A stretch of 24,000 nucleotides of DNA from Cytobacillus oceanisediminis. GTDB taxonomy: Bacteria > Bacillota > Bacilli > Bacillales > Cytobacillaceae. Both the position numbers and the translations under genes were made by a program. Of this stretch, positions 18,074-24,000 are shown piece by piece. Numbering within the stretch: the stretch's first letter is position 1; each line of letters starts with the position of its first letter. The stretch spans positions 361,273 through 385,272 of the forward strand of contig NZ_QGTW01000003.1 in the NCBI RefSeq assembly GCF_003182355.1. The letters run 5' to 3'. Below the pieces are notes generated by a model that had not been told where the DNA came from, did not search any database, and worked only from the letters and a program-made list of their open reading frames with translations.

Positions 18074-19426
18074 TTAAGAATTCATTACATCATGCAATTC
18101 CAGGAATTTCGTATTAAACTGCCCTTCCACGAATTTTTCATGGCTGAGGAGCTTGAGGTGAAATGGAATTGTGGTATGTACACCTTCAACAACAAATTCA
18201 CTTAATGCTCTCTTCATTCGGGAAATGGCTTCTTCTCTAGTATTGCCGTACGTAATCACTTTTGCAATCATGGAATCATAATATGGCGGAATCATATAGC
18301 CGGGATATGCTGCCGAATCAACTCTGACACCCAATCCGCCCGGCGGCAGATACATGTTGATTTTGCCTGCAGACGGCATAAAGTTCTTTTCCGGATTTTC
18401 CGCATTAATGCGGCATTCAATCGACCAGCCGCTAAAAGTAACATCTTCCTGGCTGATATTAAGCTTTTCACCGGAAGCAACTTTAATCTGCTCTTTAATC
18501 AAATCGACCCCAGTAACCATTTCTGTAACTGGATGCTCTACCTGGATGCGCGTATTCATTTCCATAAAGTAGAACCTTCGATTTTGGTAATCATAGATAA
18601 ATTCTACCGTGCCTGCACCTGTATAATCAACCGCTTTGGCTGCTTTTACAGCAGCATTGCCCATCTCTTCACGAGTTTCCCCATCAAGGGCAGGTGAAGG
18701 AGTTTCCTCCAGAAGCTTTTGCAAACGTCTCTGTATGGAACAATCCCTTTCTCCCAAATGTATGGTGTTTCCGTAATTGTCTGCCAGCACCTGTATCTCA
18801 ACATGGCGGAAGTCCTCTATATATTTTTCAATATATACGCCAGGGTTTCCAAACGCCGTTAAGGCTTCCTGCTGAGTAATAGTTATTCCTTTAATCAGCT
18901 CCTGCTCAGTACGTGCAACGCGAATCCCCTTGCCGCCGCCGCCGGCAGTTGCTTTTATAATCACTGGATATTCAATCTTCTCAGCAAGCTGAATGGCATC
19001 TTCGACATCCTTAATAATTCCGATGGAGCCGGGAACAATCGGAACTCCTGCTTCTTTCATCGTTTCCCTCGCAATATCCTTCGTACCCATTTTGCTTATG
19101 GCTTCAGGAGTCGGGCCGACAAAAATGATGTTACATTCCCTGCAAAGCTCAGCAAAATCAGCATTTTCTGCCAGGAACCCGTATCCTGGATGGATTGCGT
19201 CACAGCCAGTAAGCTTAGCAACACTAACTATATTTGTAAAATTCAAGTAGCTGTCCTTAGAGGCTGTCGGGCCAATGCAATAAGCCTCGTCGGCAAGCTG
19301 GACATGCAGTGCTTCCCTGTCAGCCTCTGAAAAAACGGCTACTGATTCTATTCCCATTTCGCGCGCTGCGCGGATGATGCGAACAGCTATCTCTCCTCTG
19401 TTAGCAATCAAGAGTTTTTTTATCAT
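18074..19426 (-). CDS. accC: acetyl-CoA carboxylase biotin carboxylase subunit
   Basis: 450 aa. [20 protein letters not shown]..., ATP-grasp glycine loop [16 protein letters not shown]. Confidence 0.96.
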   Translation of the reverse strand: MIKKLLIANRGEIAVRIIRAAREMGIESVAVFSEADREALHVQLADEAYCIGPTASKDSYLNFTNIVSVAKLTGCDAIHPGYGFLAENADFAELCRECNIIFVGPTPEAISKMGTKDIARETMKEAGVPIVPGSIGIIKDVEDAIQLAEKIEYPVIIKATAGGGGKGIRVARTEQELIKGITITQQEALTAFGNPGVYIEKYIEDFRHVEIQVLADNYGNTIHLGERDCSIQRRLQKLLEETPSPALDGETREEMGNAAVKAAKAVDYTGAGTVEFIYDYQNRRFYFMEMNTRIQVEHPVTEMVTGVDLIKEQIKVASGEKLNISQEDVTFSGWSIECRINAENPEKNFMPSAGKINMYLPPGGLGVRVDSAAYPGYMIPPYYDSMIAKVITYGNTREEAISRMKRALSEFVVEGVHTTIPFHLKLLSHEKFVEGQFNTKFLELHDVMNS

Positions 19427-19440
19427 TCTGTAACCGCTCC

Positions 19441-19935
19441 TTATTCAGGCTTTACTAAAAATAGTGGCTGGCCATACTCTACTAACTGGCCGTCCTTAAC
19501 AAGCACTTCTACAATTTCCCCATTGACTTCAGCTTCAATTTCATTAAACAGTTTCATTGCTTCCACTATGCAGACAATAGAATCTTTTGTAACTTTAGAA
19601 CCTGCTTTAACATATGGATCCGCATCCGGGGAAGAGGACTCATAAAAAGTCCCTACCATCGGAGACACAATTTTATGCAGGTTTGCGTCCACAGATGGTG
19701 CTTGTTGGACAGGCTCTTGTGCAGGTGCCTCAGCTATAGGCGCTTCCACTTTTATAGCTGCCGGCTGAACTGGCTGCGGAGCCGGAGCAGCTGGCTGAAC
19801 TTGCTGTACGACGGCCGCTTCATTCCCCTTTTTCTTCATTTTAATTTTCGAACCCTCTTGCTCGTATACGAATTCATCAATATTTGACTGATCAACCAGC
19901 TTGATCAGTTCACGTATTTCCTGTACTTTTAACAT
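19441..19935 (-). CDS. accB: acetyl-CoA carboxylase biotin carboxyl carrier protein
   Basis: The biotinylation motif EAMKL and a Pro/Ala linker are present. Start placed at the ATG at 19935 ([17 protein letters not shown]..., like the B. subtilis AccB N-terminus), 5-6 nt after AAGGGGTG. The ORF-track 33-codon N-terminal extension has no support. Confidence 0.92.
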   Translation of the reverse strand: MLKVQEIRELIKLVDQSNIDEFVYEQEGSKIKMKKKGNEAAVVQQVQPAAPAPQPVQPAAIKVEAPIAEAPAQEPVQQAPSVDANLHKIVSPMVGTFYESSSPDADPYVKAGSKVTKDSIVCIVEAMKLFNEIEAEVNGEIVEVLVKDGQLVEYGQPLFLVKPE

Positions 19936-20059
19936 TTTTGCACCCCTTGTTTTCTCACTGCTTTCCATCCCCTCTTTCATCATTAGAAAAACTTTGGAAG
20001 AATAGAGAAAGGAAGAACGGGAATGGTTCCGCATGATTTAATTATGACTAGATACTAAT

Positions 20060-20089
20060 ATCATACGATAAGACCTTATAAAAGTTCAA
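20060..20089 (-). promoter_or_regulatory. candidate sigma-A promoter for accBC
   Basis: Minus strand reads TTGAAC (20089-20084), 18-nt spacer, TATGAT (20065-20060), about 120 nt upstream of the accB ATG. Confidence 0.4.
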
Positions 20090-20148
20090 CATCGTATTAT
20101 GTACTGTATACTTTTTTCTCCATTCGTCCTCTAAAACCATTTTAATGT

Positions 20149-20203
20149 TTTTCGAAATCTTTGTGAAATGTTACGAAGGATTTTCACGAAATATCACGAA
20201 ATA
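20149..20203. repeat. helically phased GAAAT-type repeat array including an exact tandem 10-mer
   Basis: TCACGAAATA occurs twice in perfect tandem (20184-20193 and 20194-20203). It is preceded by TTCGAAAT, TGTGAAAT and TACGAAGG. The GAAAT/GAAGG cores start at 20154, 20165, 20175, 20188 and 20198. Confidence 0.6.
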
Positions 20204-20248
20204 TTGATTGCTAAGAGGACTATAGTACCAGAGAGGATCTGTTTTAGT

Positions 20249-21515
20249 ATGAAAAACATTGAGGAAATAAGGAAAGAGGATCTTATTAGCAAATTCGCTT
20301 GTGGTTAAGGCTGCTTTTGTAAGCGTTATATTGGAAAGCCCTTGTAGATATCGCCTTAAAGAAAGAGATGGCTGTTACCCTTTCAATTATTATTGCAGGA
20401 GGAATTGTGATAGGAATAGTTGCCGCGTTTCATTTTTCTAAAAAAGTTCATGTCCGCCATCCCCTATTTGGCGATTTTTTTGGTTGGAAGTGTGCTATTC
20501 ATTATCATGGAAAACAACGTATCGCGGGCTGCTTATTTTTTAGTCTACTTTGTTCTTGCAACAGCGGCAATTTATTTGGACAGAAAGATTTTATGGCTTT
20601 CATCAGCAATTGGCTTTACTGTTATTACAGTGTTGCCATACCTGCATCATAGCCACCTGCCGCTGGAATCAAAAAACTATTCAACCATTTATTTGCTTTT
20701 TATGCTTGTCAATATTATGCTCTCTTTTCAGCTTTCTATCTCGAAAAAACTGTCAGAAAATATTATCTCTGCTCAGAAAGAAACTGAAAATCTATTGCAT
20801 CAAAACCTTAAAATTAAAAAGACAATTTAGAATTGTACTGCAGGTCTTTCTTTCATGATTGATGAAGTTAAAAAATGAGCCAGGAGAATTACCATTCTGC
20901 AAGGGAAATGAGCTATACGATTGGGGAGATTTCTGCAGGAATCCATACCCAATCAGATACCATTCTGGATGTCACCAGTTCTCTGGAAAATTCAAATAAA
21001 GTGGTGAGCAATGCAAGTGAACTAGTTGGAAAATTGCATAATGATGCTTTGAAAGCGGAGAAAGCGGCAAAGGCTTTGCAGTTGTAGCGGAAGAAGTAAG
21101 AAAATTAGCTCATATTACAAGGGAAACAGCAAATCAAATATCAGAGAACCTTTACAATGTCATTCAAGAAACGGAACAATCCCAAGTCAATGTAATCTCT
21201 ACAGGTGATAAATTAACGGCAAATCTTGATTTGGCCTCAGAAACAGAGAGTGCTTTTGAAAAAATCCTGGAAACCTTTTTGCAGCTTAAAAATGATATAT
21301 CAGATTATAAGTCTTTAACCACTCAAATCCATCAGTCCTCTTCGTCTATAGGAGTATCAATTGGGGAGTTTAGTTCAGTTGTTGAGGAGACGAGCGCTTC
21401 CCTCCAGGAAATTTCCTCCTCTGTCGCATTCCAGACAGAGCAATATGAACATCTTGTTGAATCGATTAAAAAAGCCCATTATTCGATGGAACACCTAATT
21501 AATCTTCAGAAATAG
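20249..21515 (+). pseudogene. decayed methyl-accepting chemotaxis protein gene (multiple frameshifts and stops, truncated signalling hairpin)
   Basis: Coding potential hops between frames: 20249-20308 (MKNIEEIRKEDLISKF..*), 20323-20652, 20420-20830 (TM-rich N-terminal module), 20875-21087, and 21045/21072-21515. The MCP signature GFAVVAEEVRKLA (21072-21110) is out of frame with the preceding segment. The expected upstream ...LLALNAAIEAARAGE... tip is reduced to DALKAEKAAK. Confidence 0.7.
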
Positions 21516-21542
21516 CACGATTAACATTTATGAGAACTAAAA

Positions 21543-21577
21543 AGGTCCCCGCAAATTATTCCACGGGCACCCTTTTA
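21543..21577. terminator. bidirectional terminator between the MCP pseudogene and spoIIIAH
   Basis: GGTCCCCG-N12-CGGGCACC stem with one mismatch, flanked by AAAAA upstream and CTTTT downstream. Placed between convergent gene ends. Confidence 0.55.
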
Positions 21578-21586
21578 GTTCTGTGT

Positions 21587-22126
21587 TTACTTGGCAACTT
21601 GGAATTCAACCGCAACTGCTTCAAGCTGTCCAATTTCATTTCTTACTTCCTGAATGATCTTGTTTGCTGCAGAAGGCGAATGGTCTTTTGCCTTTACTGT
21701 AATCTGAACCTTTTTGCCATCTGCGCGAACAAGCACATCTTCGTAATCCATCGCTCTGATTAACGTTTCAAGCATCGCTTCTTTTTGAGCTATTTCATTT
21801 AATTCATCAATTTGATCCTTTGCCTTCATTCTTTCTTCAGCAGGAAGGTCTGTCTGGCCCAGGACTGTTGTCAGTTCTTCTTTCATGCGGCTGCGCTCGT
21901 CATCAAGCTGCAGGCGCAATGTTTCGAACATTTCATCACTGGCTGTATTTGTAATAATGGCATTGCCATCTTTACTTTCAACTGCTTCCATTTCCCCATT
22001 TGCCTTCTCTTCCATTGCAGCAAGATCATTCCCTTTCTGCTCCGGAGATGTTACATAATACACGGACAATACAACTACCAAACTTAGCATTGTTAATAAC
22101 CAAACCGTTTGTTTCTTTAAAAGCAT
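21587..22126 (-). CDS. spoIIIAH: stage III sporulation protein AH
   Basis: 179 aa. N-terminal TM (VWLLTMLSLVVVLSVYYV), acidic linker and C-terminal YscJ/FliF-like domain. Last gene of the spoIIIA cluster. RBS GGGGGAA. Confidence 0.9.
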   Translation of the reverse strand: MLLKKQTVWLLTMLSLVVVLSVYYVTSPEQKGNDLAAMEEKANGEMEAVESKDGNAIITNTASDEMFETLRLQLDDERSRMKEELTTVLGQTDLPAEERMKAKDQIDELNEIAQKEAMLETLIRAMDYEDVLVRADGKKVQITVKAKDHSPSAANKIIQEVRNEIGQLEAVAVEFQVAK

Positions 22127-22129
22127 CTA

Positions 22130-22795
22130 TTATTCCCCCTTAGTTTTTTTAGGCATTACGGAGACTCTGTGGCTTGGTACATCAAGCGCTCTTGTAACTG
22201 CCTCAATAATCCATTTTTTCACTTGTATATTTTCAGCTCCCTTTGCAACAACCAGCACACCCCTAATTTCAGGTTTCTTGGTTTCTATTACAATCGGAAC
22301 CTCTTTCTCGCCATTTCGGACAATCACAAGCTGTTCCTCCTGTGATTGGTCCTCTACTTTTCTTTTGCCGCCTTCCCGATCTGTTTCATCGGTTGTTTGT
22401 TTTTGGGTCGTTTTGTTTTTTTCAAGCACTTTCTTCTCTGTTGCATCCACATTGACGACGACCGTAGCATCACCTACGCCGACAATCGCATCAAGGGCCT
22501 CTTTTATTTGTGCTTCATATGCTTTTTCATAATTGGCAATTTCGTCATTGCCCCCAGATTGCTTCTGGCTGAACACAGGTGCATCCTCCTGCTTCGCCTC
22601 TTCTTCGTTTTTAAAAACGGACATGTCTTCAGTGGAGGCATTCTCTTTAAACAGCGTATTGCTGATCAGCATGATCGCTGCGCCAAAGAGGAGAACAAGA
22701 AGCAAGTATTGGTATTTACCGGCTTTTTTATCGGGCTGACCGTCTTTGGAGAGTAATTTCTTTAACCATGCGAAAGGACCTTTTTCATTCTCCAT
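22130..22795 (-). CDS. spoIIIAG: stage III sporulation protein AG
   Basis: 221 aa with a single TM (YQYLLLVLLFGAAIMLISN) and a C-terminal ring-forming domain (VVVNVDATEKKV...IRGVLVVAKGAE). Overlaps the spoIIIAF stop by 11 nt. Confidence 0.9.
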   Translation of the reverse strand: MENEKGPFAWLKKLLSKDGQPDKKAGKYQYLLLVLLFGAAIMLISNTLFKENASTEDMSVFKNEEEAKQEDAPVFSQKQSGGNDEIANYEKAYEAQIKEALDAIVGVGDATVVVNVDATEKKVLEKNKTTQKQTTDETDREGGKRKVEDQSQEEQLVIVRNGEKEVPIVIETKKPEIRGVLVVAKGAENIQVKKWIIEAVTRALDVPSHRVSVMPKKTKGE

Positions 22796-23420
22796 CCCTA
22801 TCCATATTCCCCCCTTCTACCAGTACTTCGATTGATTTTGCGTCTACATTCCATTTTTGTGCGAGAAGAGAAGCGACTTTTTTTGCCTCATCATGTTCAG
22901 CCCTGCTGGATGGAAGAGGTTTCCCGGTATTGATCTCCACTTTTGTAACCACTTCTACAGCTTCAGCTTCTGCATCTTTTGCTCTTAATTGGATCATGAC
23001 CTTTTGCAGGTTATCCGGGAAGGCTTGATCACTGCTTTCATCTACTAAAATATCAATGTTAGCAATTTCCAGACCGTACTGTTCCATCAACTCCTCTTCT
23101 GCGTCCTGTTTCATGTGGACAGCCATTTGTTCTAAAATATATGCATCACTTGAGGCTTGTATTTCTTTTTTCTTCATTTCTATTAAATTTTCCATATTTT
23201 TTTCGCCGGAAGCTTCAAAAACAGGCACAGAAGCCATCGCTTCTTCAAAATCGCTGGATATGATTTTTAAAATTGGCGTAAGAATAATAGCAATTAGCAG
23301 AAGCCCTGTCACCATTTTTGTATACTTCTGCAGCTTTGAGCTCGGAAGGAGCATATCAATGACAGTGGCCAGCAGAACAAATAATATGATGTTCGTTATC
23401 CATTCTTTTATAAAATCCAC
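22785..23420 (-). CDS. spoIIIAF: stage III sporulation protein AF
   Basis: 211 aa with two N-terminal TM helices (MDFIKEWITNIILFVLLATVIDMLLP..., VTGLLLIAIILTPIL). GTG start after a poly-G RBS. Confidence 0.9.
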   Translation of the reverse strand: MDFIKEWITNIILFVLLATVIDMLLPSSKLQKYTKMVTGLLLIAIILTPILKIISSDFEEAMASVPVFEASGEKNMENLIEMKKKEIQASSDAYILEQMAVHMKQDAEEELMEQYGLEIANIDILVDESSDQAFPDNLQKVMIQLRAKDAEAEAVEVVTKVEINTGKPLPSSRAEHDEAKKVASLLAQKWNVDAKSIEVLVEGGNMDRDGE

Positions 23421-23432
23421 TTCATCCCCCCC

Positions 23433-23999
23433 CTATCTAACCATCATGGTCAAATTCCCGGCTGCAATGATGACAGTAATACTAAGGAAAAACATCAAGG
23501 ATACTATGGCCAGAGCGGCAAACACGTATATGACACTTTTGCTGATAATATCCAGGCAGGATATTATCGGACCTCCTCCCAGCGGCTGCAAAATGGCAGC
23601 AGCGAATTTATATATAAACGCAATCATTAGTATTTTGATTGCCGGAAAAGCGGCTATGATCAAGAGGATCGCTACACCTGCAATGCCTACCGTATTTTTC
23701 AATAGAACCGAGGCGCTTATAACAGTATCTGTTGCATCGGTAAACATCCTTCCGATAACAGGAATAAAATTCCCCGTGATAAACTTTGCCGTACGTATTG
23801 TAATTCCATCGGTGACTGCAGCGGAGGCTCCCTGTACTGAAATGACTCCCAAAAACACTGTCAGGAACATGCCGAGAAGCCCTATACTCCAATTTCGGAG
23901 CAAATTTGCAAGCTGAGTTACCTTGTAATGCTCGGAAAGTGTGCTGACAATGCTTAATAATGCTGATAAAAATAGGAGCGGAAGAATGACATATTGGAT
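23433..23999 (-). CDS. spoIIIAE: stage III sporulation protein AE, C-terminal part (gene continues beyond the window end)
   Basis: Polytopic membrane protein. The frame stays open upstream of the ORF-track start (...QYVILPLLFLSALLSIVSTLSEHYKVTQLANLLRNWSIGLLG...). Position before spoIIIAF. Confidence 0.88.
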   Translation of the reverse strand: MQYVILPLLFLSALLSIVSTLSEHYKVTQLANLLRNWSIGLLGMFLTVFLGVISVQGASAAVTDGITIRTAKFITGNFIPVIGRMFTDATDTVISASVLLKNTVGIAGVAILLIIAAFPAIKILMIAFIYKFAAAILQPLGGGPIISCLDIISKSVIYVFAALAIVSLMFFLSITVIIAAGNLTMMVR

Positions 24000-24000
24000 A

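Noticed and set aside
19936-20034. 33-codon N-terminal extension of accB in the ORF track ([13 protein letters not shown]...)
   Set aside because: A strong RBS precedes the internal ATG at 19935, and the resulting N-terminus matches B. subtilis AccB. The extension has no RBS. Similar over-extensions were trimmed for argR (8823 to 8814), xseB (14472 to 14463), dxs (11854 to 11842) and spoIVB (6292 to 6259).
20149-20203. CodY box or Fnr/Crp site interpretation of the GAAAT array
   Set aside because: GATTTTCACGAAATAT has a 2-nt centre where the CodY consensus AATTTTCWGAAAATT has 1 nt. TGTGA...TCACG are 18 nt apart where an Fnr/Crp site has 6. Neither fits, so the array is left unassigned.
20368-20858. 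Overlapping plus-strand ORFs 20368-20652, 20420-20830 and 20550-20858 treated as independent genes
   Set aside because: They are alternative frames of a single decayed MCP N-terminal membrane module. Hydrophobic-helix coding potential moves from one frame to the next, so they are reported together as a pseudogene.
23056-23916. 286-aa plus-strand ORF
   Set aside because: It is antisense to spoIIIAF and spoIIIAE, both of which have clear family-typical sequences. It is a long shadow ORF with no start context.
1-23999. CRISPR arrays, tRNA/rRNA genes, transposases or integrases, prophage or defence-island genes
   Set aside because: No regularly spaced direct repeats, cloverleaf-like segments or mobility-gene signatures were seen on either strand. 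Every long ORF is accounted for by a core housekeeping or sporulation gene.

Overview
This is an AT-rich Bacillaceae chromosomal block with almost every gene on the minus strand. Gene order matches B. subtilis: spoIIIAE-AH, accB-accC, yqhY(asp23), nusB, folD, xseA-xseB, ispA, dxs, yqxC(tlyA), ahrC/argR, recN, spoIVB, spo0A, then yqzF-like, bkdR and ptb. Most of it is ordinary sporulation and housekeeping DNA. Four things depart from the B. subtilis layout. (1) Between ispA and dxs lies an ORF-free, highly structured segment of about 0.65 kb with its own strong extended -10 sigma-A promoter, followed by a 205-aa multi-pass membrane protein. This is the gene context reported for OLE (ornate, large, extremophilic) RNA and its partner OapA, and it is the most interesting locus here. 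(2) A methyl-accepting chemotaxis protein gene on the plus strand, between spoIIIAH and accB, is broken into at least five reading-frame segments and is called a pseudogene. (3) A family of degenerate intergenic repeats occupies at least three and probably five spacers, one of them between OLE and oapA. (4) A helically phased GAAAT array, including an exact tandem 10-mer, sits in the accB/MCP divergent spacer. A textbook sigma-54 promoter precedes ptb, and a cluster of 0A boxes precedes spo0A. No CRISPR arrays, tRNA/rRNA genes, transposases or prophage genes were seen. Several ORF-track N-termini look over-extended (accB, argR, dxs, xseB, spoIVB) and were trimmed using RBS position and homolog N-termini. 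The printed sequence appears to end at base 23999.
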